Shown: positions 34,830-46,958 of the stretch, in pieces | How the letters are laid out: every line of letters begins with the position of its first letter | How positions within the stretch are numbered: position 1 is the stretch's first letter | DNA from: Podarcis erhardii | Taxonomy: Eukaryota | Length of the DNA stretch: 64,000 nucleotides | Assembly: GCA_964252035.1 (NCBI GenBank) | Contig: OZ176204.1 | Strand: one strand, 5' to 3' | The notes under the pieces: model-generated | What the model was told of the DNA's origin: nothing | What the model saw: the letters and a program-made list of their open reading frames with translations, nothing else | Databases searched by the model: none | Program-made: the position numbers and the translations under genes

Positions 34830-35151
34830 AACTGCCACCCCATCCCTTATGAAAGGGAACAAAGTAGGAATATTTACAAATGGAAATTACCCAACCATAG
34901 CAACAAAATATTAGTTAGCCCACTGGTGCTCAGTTGGTGGATCATGAACATCAGCTGGTGCAGTATATTATCACCACACGTGGTAAAAAAAATTAAGAGA
35001 TGTGACCTCAAATGCATATTTGAATTAAAGGTTGGATCTGAAAGTGTTGAAGATTGCTGATTTGTCCATGTTGGGAATGGCAGTAAGGGAAATATATGTT
35101 GTATTCTTTCATTCGAAAACCAAAAGCTGTGTCAAAGTTTTAAATATTGTA

Positions 35152-35186
35152 AATAACAACAACAACAACAACAACAACAATAATAA
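35152..35186. repeat. (AAC)n/(AAT)n microsatellite
   Basis: Seen directly in the sequence. Confidence 0.9.
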
Positions 35187-35424
35187 ATCCCAGTCCACTT
35201 TATCAGCTATATCACCAGTTGGATCAAGAATGGAGTTTTGAGGTAAACCAGCTACTTGATGGCATATCAGGGAATTTTCAAATACATTTATTTTCATACT
35301 GCGTAAAGTACCCAAGGCTCCCTTTATATGACCATGACAATCCCATGGTAATGGCTAAGCGCAATTTTCCTCATTTACTTTTAGATTATTTTGTAATATT
35401 TGTGCTTTTTTTGAGCTATTTAGC

Positions 35425-35729
35425 TGTCAGGGTCACGCCCAGCAGAGAGGAATCTCCAGAGAAGGAGGAACTGGCTGCACCTGAGTCTCCAAGAAGTAGA
35501 AAGGGGAGCAAGCGATTAGAGCAGAGGTGGACCAGCAGGAGGCGGGGGAGGACATGGCGTATATTTGGCCTTGGGAGGGGTCAGAAGCCAGTTGAGTCAA
35601 CTGACTCTGACAGCGAAGGATGAATTGTGGAAGCTTGGACTGCTGTAAGCCTGTTGTTGAGAAATAAACCTCAGCTACTTAAAGTCCCAGCATTCTGTGT
35701 CTTGTGTGGGACAAGCACTAAACCTGACA
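35425..35729 (+). mobile_element. Solo LTR (probably Gypsy-type), 305 bp
   Basis: TGTCAGG...CCTGACA termini, an internal AATAAA near the 3' end, and flanks ttagc/ctagc (4/5 TSD). Confidence 0.8.
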
Positions 35730-35907
35730 CTAGCTAAAGGAAAAGTAATTGTTCGTTCCATTAGAGACATTTTCAAAGGCGGCTCATATCTTCATAGTCA
35801 GGACCAAGAAGTAAACTTCATTTACAGGCTCTACATTCTTCCTAAAGCAGAATAATTTAAATTTCTAAAAGGTGCGCCTCTATTTCTTGGATAACAGCCA
35901 AAAACCT

Positions 35908-36026
35908 TCAGACAAACAAGTCTGCAGAAAATATCTGTGTAAATGCAACCTTGGACAAAGGGTAATTCTGACAAACAAGTCTGCAGAAAGTAACTGTAAA
36001 GGCAATCTTGGACAAAGAGAAATTCA
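35908..36026. repeat. Local tandem duplication, two copies of ~59 bp
   Basis: gacaaacaagtctgcagaaa...ttggacaaag begins at 35911 and again at 35970. Confidence 0.85.
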
Positions 36027-36750
36027 GTTGTTAATTCTTCTGAGATAATTTGCTATATTCTGGATTCGTGAAGAATGTCATCACATGTAAAAACCCTATG
36101 GCCAGTTTGCACAATTCTATGGTAATGTCACTTTTCAATAGACTGAATAAGTTTTCCTCAGGAAAACAGAAATGGGTCTGCAGGGGAGCTATTTCATGAG
36201 TAAAGAATGGGGCCTTGGTTTTTTAATGATGTAGTAAGAAATATGAAGATAGGAATGCATCACACTTTCATAAGAAATATATCAAGGTAGCATACAACAG
36301 AAGAGCAAAATACATTAAAGCAGCATATAACATGTCAATAAAAAATGGTTGCTTAAAAAAAAAATCTAATTCCAAAGGTCTGTCAGAACAGTGCAGTTTT
36401 TTAAAAAATGTCTGAAAGAAATCAGGGATGTCTCCAATCTTTCACACTGCAGGCTCATTGCCTGGCAAATACTGACTGAACATCAGGGACCGTCAAAAGT
36501 GTACCACCAGATGATCTCAGTAATATGAATATACAGGAAATATTTTGCGTGTGTTGTACTCTCATAAGGCATGCCCAGCAAATAGGTGCATGTACAATCC
36601 TACTTTGGCTATTAATGCCCTGCGTAAATACGGGAAGTACAGCTCCCTTTCACCAATAATGTTTGTTTCAATCTGCTCTTGACATTCTAAAGTGACTGAT
36701 GGGAGGGATATTATCCTGTACCACCCACAGAGTTTCCTTATCCACACGTG

Positions 36751-37052
36751 AAGGTAAAGGTAAAGGGGCCCAGTCGTGGCCGACTCTGGGGTTGCGGCGC
36801 TCATCTCACTTTATTGGCCGAGGGAGCCGGTGTATAGCTTCCAGGTCATGTGGCCAGCATGACTAAGCCGCTTCTGGCGAACCAGAGCACCTATTTATCT
36901 ACTTGCACTTTGAGGTGCTTTCGAACTGCTAGGTTGGCAGGAGCAGGGACCGAGCAACGGGAGCTCACCCCGTCACGGGGATTCGAACCGCCGACCTTCT
37001 GATCGGCAAGCCCTAGGCTCTGTGGTTTAACCCACAGCGCCACCCGCGTCCC
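36751..37052 (-). mobile_element. Sauria SINE (with internal deletions)
   Basis: tRNA head gggacgcgggtggcgctgtgggttaaacc with B-box ggttcgaatccc on the - strand, and an (ACCTTT)n tail. Confidence 0.93.
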
Positions 37053-38447
37053 TTCACAAGTACTTGCACATAATTATTTTTTTCACACTCTCCCCTCCTG
37101 CGTATAAATACCCAGGTTTTACTCACTCACTCCAAGTTGGAGTCAAGGTAAGAACCCCACTGTTCAAATGTATAAATACACAGACATCTCCTAACATTAC
37201 TGGTTTGTTGGATGTCCCTGCACTTTTAATCTGTATAAAGGTTGGGAGCAGACAGGTAAAAACAACAAAGACAGAATGCTACCAAAAGAAGGGCAGATGT
37301 ATACTGCAGCAAGAGTGCAATGGCTAATGATAGCTAGCTTTCTTGGCTGTCATGTTGATGAAGGCCCCAGAGAGCATTAGCATTAAAAGCTGATAAAAAC
37401 ACAGCTACTGCAGCGATAAAGGCCATATAAATAGGAATTTGTTTATGCATGGAGGGCATGGGCCAGGGTGGATCCATGTGTGTGTTAACTAGAATCTGTC
37501 AAAATCCTGGTGCATTCAAGCAACTCTTGGCAGATTTGTTATTACATTCACGTGCCTACAGAGTACATTAACACACCACATAGATGCAGTTTATGCTGGA
37601 CAGACTATGCAGCTGGAAAGCAGGCTTAACTGCACAGTTTCTCCCACAAACCACCAGAAGAGCAATTAATTTATTTCCTTCATAAATAGAGAAAGCGAAG
37701 AAATGTCAGGAAACTGCAGTCTCGAGCTCTCTTTTTCTGTTGCCCTCTCCCTCCATACCCCTGGGCAAGGCAGCATGCTCACATGTAGAAGCGCCGACCA
37801 AAGACAGTAGGCTTTAAGTTAAGAGACCCATGAGAGGCTTTCCTTTCTCCTGTTAACACATACAGAGCGGATCAAGCTTCCCTCTTCCTTCAGCCTGACT
37901 TCGGCAAGACACATCTCTGCAACTCCATCTGAATCTTTCACCACACACCCGGCAACTTGAACGAGGTGGGTTGGGCTTCGAGCCACTGCACATGTGTGCT
38001 GAAGAGGGCTCTGGGAAGGGCTGGCACGAAGCCTAGTGGAGAGTATTGACTTATAACCATGTTCCAGCTCCTTTGTTGTGGCTTCCAGTTGACAGAGGAC
38101 TTTTAACAACACGGCTAAATCGTTAAGAATCTGGCTCTGGTGCATCCCTGATGAACATTAAAACGTTAATAATGTTGCGATAAAGATCACTGGGGAAGGT
38201 TTCTTGCTCAACTTGCTTGTATATAAAATAAAAATGTGAAGTGTAGCATGATATTTTTTTTTAAAAAAAGTCATTCTGTTGTTTGGGAGCCCAGCCAGTT
38301 TCCTGTAGCAATTGAGAACCTCAGTTATTCCAAAGCTGTCCCATGTGCTCTAGAGTAAATACACATAACTTCGCAGGGTGAGAGCAAGGTAAACAGCAAA
38401 CTATCTGGTTCCTATCCTCCTGTCACATGTTAATGTCTTTATTACTA

Positions 38448-38535
38448 AGGCTGCAGTCCTATGCATACTTTGGAATAAGTCCCATTGAACTCTGTGGAGC
38501 TTACTTCTGAGTAAACATGCACAGGACGAGGCTGT
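38448..38535. repeat. Squamate palindromic interspersed repeat
   Basis: ggctgcagtcctatgcatac...taagtcccattgaactc...cttacttctgagtaaacatgcacagga. Confidence 0.6.
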
Positions 38536-40851
38536 CTATCATGCTACTTGACTATATTTAAGTTTCAAGTCTTTTTGTCTTTTCAATGTCTGTGTGTCTC
38601 CCAAGATCTGGTTATGCATTTTAAAGAAAGAAAGAAAAGAAATAAGGTGCAAATCAAAGTAAAGACAAACTGTATTTGTGGAAATAAGTCCTTGAAGAAT
38701 TATTTATAAAGCGGCAGGGTTGGCAAACATGCATGCATTTGTGCATATAGAGAGAAGGGAGAGTGGAACCTTGCCCCAAGTATTCCATTCCTGACATGAG
38801 CAGCCAAGGAAGGAACATTACATATAAAAGGCTGGGACAAGAATGAGGTCACAAGGAGAGAAAGAAAAACTTTAAAGGAACCAGCATTGAGAAAGCAGTC
38901 ATTAGTTAATTAATAGTTAAGTGATCAAACATTAATCGTTACGTGATTAAACATTAATAATTTTATAGACAGTAGATTTCCAAATGCTTGGGAAGTTGTT
39001 TCTAGGATACTTCTTCTAGCCTTAAAGGGTAATATAGTCCGCCTTTCGGGAGGGAATAATTATTGCTGAAACTAATATTCAAATGGAATCACTAGCAGAT
39101 TTTACAGATTTCAATCTTCTGTTTACATACATTATGTGCAATAATTGTCAGAGACCCAGGTCCCTGGGCAGGGCTTAAAGGTACATGAGGATGCCACCTT
39201 GCTGAAGCTAAATAGTTTTGTGTCTGCTCAGTGACTCCCTGGGAACCACATACAATACGAAGTGGGAATTTCTTAAGCCATGTGTATTTGATTGTATTTC
39301 TTTATCACGCATCTCCACATCAGTGTAAATTTCATAGACCTTAGATCTGAGCAGATGCACATAGAACAAGATGGGGGGGGGAGTAGAGGATTCAATGATG
39401 TGCTTGCGCATGCATAGATGTGCATGGTGCATGCTTTATATGCAAAAATAAAAATATTAATAATATTGTTTTTAAAAAGGGTTTTAGACAATGACATGTT
39501 GCTGACAGCCACAAGAGCCTCATGAACTGAATTGCCATTTGTTAGCTTTTGCATGGTTCTATAACCAGGAGTCCCATGCCTTCTCTACTGGCATGCTAAT
39601 GTTATATATTGCTTATGGACCTGGTAGCTTCCAAATTACAGAGGAAAGCTGTTTAGTCCATTCATCCATTTTGACAGGAGAAGCTCTTGCCAGCTGCTTA
39701 GGCCAACCTTCCAAATGTGCATTTCAGAGAGGAAGATCAGAAAGTCTGCCTAGCTGGAATGAAACAGGGAAGGCTATAATACCATCTAATAGGCTTTGTC
39801 TACCCTTTGGGATGATTCCTGAAATCTGTCACTTCATCTTAAGCAACAAATTATTTGCGTTTAGGGATACGATTTTCTTATTTATTGATTTTCTCCCATT
39901 TGCCGATTCTTTTTGGTTTCTAAATCCTCTTCATACTATTAATCTAATTTGAATATGAGATACAGTTGGGGGTAGAGATGTTGAAAACACATAAATGATA
40001 AAATCAATACATTACAGTTAGATGGGACTCTAGGCTTTGGGTGTGAATGTAAAGATGCTGGTGGAAATCAAAGTGTTCCCATGCTGAGTTGGCTGGGAAG
40101 ACTGTAATCAGAGGATTTGTATGTCTTACATATGGGTGCACTGAGCATTGCTGTTCTTTGTGTATAGCACAGCTGTTTTCAATAAAACTGCATCTCCATT
40201 ATCCCCCTCTAACGGCAAATGTTCAAATGTCAACCCCTCTTGCCAGTTTACTGGAAAAAAAACAGGGAAAGAGATTGTCACTGTGTTGTTAAATTTCAAG
40301 GGTAATATCCCTCTGTCTTCTTAGTTTTATTACCAATGAACAAGATTATTCCTGCCTTTGCCATGTGACCCTATTCAGACAGAAACAATTCAAGAACACC
40401 AAAGAGGAACTTTCCCAGTAGGTACACAGAAAGTATATACTTTGAAGCTTCCAGGCCTAACTCCAAACAAGCAGCACCTTAAATATACCTACAGAATTAA
40501 CAGATAACAGACAAAGGACACAAACAACTCACTGGACTTTAAAAAAGTTAATTTCTAGTTCTTTGCCAAGCTAGCTAGAATGCTGTAGAACTCCCAGTTC
40601 GCATTGTGGATCACAACAACCAGACTACAGGTATGTGCATTAAATCTGCTAATGGGAATGGAGATGGGGATAGAAAAAGAAGACCATTTTGGTCATTTCA
40701 TTCTGGGATACATACAATGGAGGCTGGCCCACTAGGACAAGTAGGGCACTGTCCCACCAACCTCAGACTCTAACTTACAGACCTGTGGAAAGGATAGCAA
40801 AAATATGTAGTTTGTATAGTACATTGAACATTCAAAAGCATGATAGTAATG

Positions 40852-40859
40852 CCACCACC

Positions 40860-40893
<34 letters not shown>
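40852..40893. repeat. (CAC)n(CAT)n microsatellite
   Basis: Seen directly in the sequence. Confidence 0.95.
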
Positions 40894-41045
40894 AATGCTG
40901 ATTTGAGAACCGTCTCCAATAATATGGCAATCATTTGGGATTTGATGCTGGATAAAAGGGTCAACCTGGCATGGATTACAGAAACCTTTCTGGATGAATT
41001 AGGGGTCCCCGCTCTGACTCAGTTGTGCCATCACTTTTCTTCTGT
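40894..41045 (+). mobile_element. L2/CR1-type LINE ORF2 endonuclease N-terminal fragment
   Basis: NADLRTVSNNMAIIWDLMLDKRVNLAWITETFLDE resembles the APE motif N-x-RS...D-x-x-x-ITETWL. Confidence 0.7.
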
Positions 41046-41254
41046 GTAGCGTCAATGGAAAGATTAAGAGGGGTGGGTGGTTGCTTTTAAATAGAGACCA
41101 GGCTTGGCGATATTAATACATGAATATTCTGAAGACACACACTTAAAAATAGGAGAATTTCTCTCAAGGGTGCAAACATATTTGGGCGGCTGTTGTAATA
41201 CACACACACAAACAAATGCCAAAAAGAAAGATATGGACTGAATAATTCAGACCA

Positions 41255-41380
41255 GCATTACCACACATCAGAAAATCCTAGTTTGAATCTCACCTCTGCC
41301 ATGAACTCTCTAGGTGGCCACTCTGGTTCATCTGCAATATGAAGGATCATAATACTGACTTTCCCTGTGAGAAGCACAAC
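41255..41380 (+). mobile_element. Degenerate MIR-like SINE fragment
   Basis: cctagtttgaatctcacctctgccatgaac...catctgcaatatgaaggatcataatactgac. Confidence 0.4.
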
Positions 41381-41423
41381 TAGAAAACGAACGCGAAACC
41401 CATGAAAACTTGAACTTGCTATA

Positions 41424-41624
41424 CTCTGGTTACGTACTTAATTCGTTCTGGAGGTCTGTTCTTAACCTGAAACTGTTCTTAACCTGAAGCACCACTTTAG
41501 CTAATGGGGCCTCCTGCTGCTGCTGCGCGATTTGTGTTCTCATCCTGAAGCAAAGTTCTTAACCCAAGGTTAGTGGGTTAGTGGAGTCTGTAACCTGAAG
41601 CGTCTGTAACCCGAGGTACCACTG
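41424..41624. mobile_element. Tigger/pogo-like MITE, left TIR eroded
   Basis: High similarity to 28637-28870; ends taacccgaggtaccactg|TA. Confidence 0.88.
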
Positions 41625-42560
41625 TACAAGTATTAAGCACAGTTATGATGAAGTTTGTTGCAACGAAGTATTCCAGGAGAAGGCTCTGAACTAACAGAAA
41701 TTAAACAATTGAGACGTTCTGATTTATCACCCAAACTTTCATTGCTTTAAAACCTTTTAGAAATAAGAGGTTAAAATGTAAGATGTGAAAAATTACACTT
41801 GATTCTATTACTGTGGCTGGAGGATCACACAACTTTGGCAATCTCATTATACTGCCATGTAGACACAGAATCCCCTTTCTTTCTTTTTTCTTTGCTAATG
41901 AGCAGGAATGATAGGCCAGTAAAATCTCTTCCACCCTTGCCCTCCCTTCTGCTGGTTCTCTCTCTGACCTCTTCCTCTCCTCCTTTTCATTTTTTTTAAT
42001 TATAGGGCTGACTCCTGTGCATACCCAAGCTGTGCTGAGCACTTTCTTCAGTTGATCCCATTTTACACACTTCTAATGTTGCAGTAAAATTTAACTACTG
42101 ACACTTCACCACTGATGAGGATGAGATAATATGATGCCATTGCTCACTAGACAGAAAAGCTGTTCATCCAAAGACAGGTCAAGAGGAGGGGAAATATCAA
42201 AGGCTCAAAAGACAGAATGAAGCATCCAGCTGCCCATCAAATTTAAGGGAACCGGGTATCTAAATTCCCGTTCGTCAGTTTGTAACACTTCATTTAAAAT
42301 GCTTTGGCATATAAGTTTCAGTGCCAAATAGCCAAAGGAAAAGTAAGACTGCAAAAATCTCATAGTTGTAGAATTACTTTTGACTTACAAAAGAAATTTG
42401 GCCTGGAAGCATTATCCTTTCCTTTTTGGCCTGGATGTATTATCCTTACAGATTATTTGCCGGACAGGCACAGCTGAAATCAAACTCAATAGATGGGATT
42501 TTGGTAAGAGGATGGAGTAGAAATATGTGGTTCTGGTCAGCAGGACTAGCGGGTCACCAG

Positions 42561-42988
42561 CAGGGGCATCTTTAGCAGATGCGGCGCTGGGGTGCAAATG
42601 TCTGCCCAGCGCCCCCAAATTACCATGGATAGTGGGGGGGGGGAGCTGCGCACTGCCAGCCAGTGGGGAGGGTGCAACTCTCCCCCATGCCGCTGTGGGA
42701 GAGCAATACCCGCAGAGGCTTGGGGAAAGCTGCACCCCGCCAACCATATGGCTGGCAGGTCCACAGCTTCCCTCCCAAGCCTCCTTGGGAGGAGAGTGAT
42801 CCCCACAGAGGCTTGGGAAGGAAGATGCACACCCCAGCCATATGGTTGGTGGGGTGTAGCTGGCAGGCATGCAGGTAAAGGGGAGGCCACCGGCAAAGCC
42901 ATGCAGTTCCCCCACTTGCTGGGGCACCCCTGAGAGGCCAGCGCCCTGGTGCAACGCACCACTAATCCCTATGGGAAAGACGGCTCAG
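42561..42988. mobile_element. GC-rich hAT MITE with internal ~93-bp repeats
   Basis: Ends caggggcatcttt / aaagacggctcag, TSD gtcaccag/ttcaccag (7/8), and repeats cagaggcttgg...ccatatgg at 42713 and 42806. Confidence 0.75.
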
Positions 42989-44836
42989 TTCACCAGGTAC
43001 AGTCTACTTTGGAAAGGGCATCCATCACTCCTGGAGGATCAGCAGGTCCACAGCAGGCCCTGGAACAGCTCTGCTCCTGGCCGGTCAGGAGTGCAGTTTG
43101 CCCAGATGTGCCTGTTCCTGGGAAAAGGGGAGTCTGGCCGCAACTGCACATGCCAAAAATTGTTCAGGAACTTCAGCTGGACCCAAATGTGGCAGTCAGA
43201 GTTTGAGCTAGAGCCCTGCCTCCCTTTCTGCACATTACCTCCGTTGCTATTTCATCCGTAGTAGCTTCCAGTTTGTTCCTGAGCCCAGTTCCTGTCTTTG
43301 AAATGCCCTCCCCAGGAAGGTTCAACTAGTGCCAACCTTGATGTCATCCTGGCTCCAGGCAAATGTGTTTTTATTTGCCCAGGCTTTTCACCACCTGGTG
43401 TAATTCAGGTTTGCTTACCCATTCTGCTGAATGATACAGTTTGTTTTTAGCTGCTAGGTATTGTTTTTGTTTTGAAATCTGTTGTTCTTTTTATAATTTT
43501 ACCATATATTGTTCTGGGACTTTTTAATGAAGGTAACATTAAAAAATACTCTAAACAAATGAACAAACACATGCAAAGTGCTGGTTATTATCTTGACCAG
43601 ACTGCTTGAAGGGACTGCTTCTCTCAAATGACCCTACCCATCCACTCAAGTCTTGAGTAAGCTGTGCTCTGTGCCCAACCACCATCAGAGGCATGATTGA
43701 CATGGCCTCTGTTGTGAGGTTGCTTCCTCTTCCGTGATATTTAGATACAAGGCTAAAATACTATTATTTCAGTCTGTTTATAGTCTTGTCTGACTCTTAA
43801 ATTGACTGCATTATCTGCTGTGTCCTTTGGTTAACTTTCTGCAGTTTCTAGTTCACTGTGTGAACTGTTTTATAGTGATGTTACTTCTAGCCACCCTGAA
43901 CATATCATTACAGGCTGGACACGAAGGACATAAATATTGTAGTAAATTAAAGTGATAAAATAAATATATTGGCATAAAAACAGGCAGTGCCTCTGTAGGC
44001 CCTGTCTCCATTTTAAAGACTGAAGGAGCACTTGTTGGCAGCATTGCATGAGTTTAGCGTTTGACATTTGGGATACTTGGGATGCCTCTGCAGGGTTGGA
44101 CAAAGCCTGGAAAAGGAGATGGCATTTCTGCTATTTATTTCTCTCTATGTGTGTGTCCATAGTTGAGGTGAGGGTCAATAAGAAATGACATATCCTTCAT
44201 AGTTTAAATGACAGAAGTTGTAGCCATAGTAGGAAAAAGCCCCATGGGGAAAAGATGGATTAAGAAGGCAAGCTTAACACTCCTCCACACTAGAAAAAGT
44301 TCTCAATTTTTATTTGTTTTATCCATTATTAAGGGACTTCTAAACAAATAAAACATGGCTTCAGTCTAACCTGTCAAAATATATGCTTCAGTTATTAGGC
44401 TCTTGCTCAACAGAGCACTCAGAAACACTGGAAGATCAAAGAGCTGAATCAAAGAAAACCCACTGCTCTCTTCCACATCATTTACTATGAGCATGGTACA
44501 TGAGGATTTGCTTATTGTAACAAGTGCCTAACCTGGACTTGCAATAATTTTTCTTGCACGCTCATCTACAGCAGATCATATAAACTGTAGTGCTGATAGC
44601 ATCAGTAAGTCAGGATATTTGCTTGAAAAAAATTAACACAATTGAAAGTTACAAGTGTTGTGCCTTTTCATACTACAGGTTTCCAGAAGGAAGCTACACA
44701 AACAATGGGTGACTTCCAATTGTGCCCATCTGAGAGCAAAACAAACTTAGACAACCGAACTCAGCTCTGCCCCTGTAGCCCCCAACATGCCCATCGTATC
44801 TGCTTGGGAGTGTTGGGGGACCCTCTGGAGCAGTCT

Positions 44837-44898
44837 GGTTGGACTCGATGGCCCTTGTGGTCTCTTCCAACTCTATGATTCTATGATTCTATTCTATG
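44837..44898 (+). mobile_element. CR1 LINE 3'-end stub
   Basis: 52 nt identical to the stub at 21663-21730, with an octamer tail. Confidence 0.85.
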
Positions 44899-46397
44899 AG
44901 ATGGGGGCAGGGGTCTGTAGGGGGGAGAAGAGAAAGGGAAAATATGCTTGCACAATGTTGGGTACCACCCAATATGGGAGTTTATATTTCAATGGTTGGT
45001 CATCTGGATCTAACATTGTTATGTGGGAATCTTCTTTTACATGGGCATCCTTTTTAGATGGGCACTGCATTGCATTTTGGGCCTGGATTGTGGAATTCAG
45101 GTTTGACACAGGTGCTGTTAGCATACCAGGCTGATTAAGGGAATTATATACATGCTCTCAGGCAGGGCTCTTAGTACATTTTGCAGCAGGACTAACCTAG
45201 GTGAACAGAAAAAGGGAGTAGTCACTAAGTAGTAGCAGTCCTTTGCTGTGGCAATAGTGGAGGGGGAACAAGCAGGCAGAAAAAGGCAGTCTGTGTTGCC
45301 AGGAAGTGCCTATAAGCTAAAGAAATACATCTTCCAAAGGGTAATAAAGCTTTTATATTTGCAGCTACGGAACTCAAGTGTTTAACAGAGTGGGACAGAT
45401 GCTGTCAGCTGTAGCTAAATTCTACACAGCTGAACAGAGACTGCAGACCATCAGGGTGCTGGCTAAGCTCTTGGTTCTCTGGTTCACTGCTTGGCTTCAT
45501 CCCCAAATGGATTAAAACTAGGGATGTGCTGCTGGTCATTACCAGTTAAGGATTTTTACAAGGGCTAAAATAGGCATGGGCAACATTTTCAGCATTTAGG
45601 GTCTATATGAGAAATGTACCCAGGTGCTAGGAGACACCTGGCCATTCATGTATTTGATTGTCATATAGCTTTCATCTGATTTTTTTTTTTTTTAATGGCA
45701 AGTGTCAATTGAGAGTTGGTTTATCTTTAGCACTTTCTTTAAAAAGAGAGAATCTTTGCATGTTTGCCTTTACTTTGAAACTGCAACCCACAAATATGCA
45801 AAAGCGTATGAGTTAGTTTTTAAGAAACTTTTCTCTGAGCCCATCCCTTTACTCAAAGCTGTCCACCCTAAGGTTGCAAAGTCCATGATATGAAGGCGTT
45901 TAAGCAGCATGTTTCCAAATGCATTTTGTTTTCCAAGTCTGCTCAGGGAGTCCATGGAATAATTTAAGATTAGACGCTCAGCCATCCTTGGCTTTTAGTT
46001 CTACATTCAAAATACAGAAGGGTTTCTGGAAGGCAATTAAGTGCCTCCCCTCGTCCAGCTTGCAGCTTTAGTCATGGTGATTAGTAACTCACATGCTGGA
46101 ATTGCAATCTGCACTGTGAGCACAGCATGTTGCAAAGTAAACTAAACCAAAATACAGAGTGACATATAATGAGATTAGAGAGATGAAAAACTCCAAGTAT
46201 GTTTGTGATAATTAAAATTATAATCATAGCAACATGCCATAATATTTAAATAGTTCCTGCATGATATGGAAAACCATGGTAAAAGCAATTACATGGAAAC
46301 ACAGAGTATGGGTAGTTGATGGAAGCAAATGAAAAATCTGAATTTTTCCTAACGCTCTTCCCAAGTACCAGCACTGCCATAGTCAATATGCATAGTT

Positions 46398-46958
46398 AAC
46401 ATAAGAAGAGCCTGTTGAATCAGGCCAATGGCCCATCTAGTCCAGCATCCTGATCTCACAGTGGTCACCCAGATGCCTGTGAGAAGCATGCAAGAAGGAC
46501 CCAAGTGCATCAGCACTCTCCTCTCCCTGGGTTTCCCGCAACTGGCATTTAGAGGCATACTGCCCCAACAGTGGAGGCAGAACATAGACCTCATGGATAG
46601 TGGTCACTCATAGCCTTATTCTTCATGAACCTATCTAAACTTCTTTTCAGGCTGTGCTGTCCAAGTTGGCAGCCATCACTGCCTCTTGTGGGAGTGAATT
46701 CCATAGTTTAACTATATGTTTTCTGAGCAGGTACTTTCTTTTGTCTGCCCTGAGTCTCTCGGCATTCAGCTTCTTTGAATGTCCCTGAGTTAGAATGTTG
46801 TGATGAGAAAGGGAGAGAAACCTTTCTCTATCTGCCTTGTCAATGCCATGCATCGTTTTATATATCTCCATTGTATACCCCTCTCACTTGCCTTTTCTCT
46901 AAATGGAAAAAGCTCCAATGTACCCTTTCTTCATAAGGGAGTTGTTTCATCCCCTTGA
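46398..46958 (-). mobile_element. CR1 LINE 3' fragment (ORF2 C-terminus plus 3'UTR)
   Basis: The - strand translation EIYKTMHGIDKADRERFLSL...GHSKKL...KRKY...VKLWNSLPQEAVMA is the typical CR1 ORF2 end. Confidence 0.9.

Noticed and set aside
35219-35623. 134-aa ORF with a hydrophobic segment and a charged tail
   Set aside because: It runs from T-rich flank into the solo LTR, so it is a chance fusion with a TTG start.
36751-37052. tRNA-like A/B boxes as tRNA genes (also 58432-58679)
   Set aside because: The boxes continue into SINE bodies and simple-repeat tails, and there is no cloverleaf 3' end.
42412-43261. Longest ORF cluster (180, 138, 130 and 113 aa)
   Set aside because: It largely coincides with a GC-rich, stop-poor MITE and its flank. 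The ORFs overlap on both strands and show no domain.
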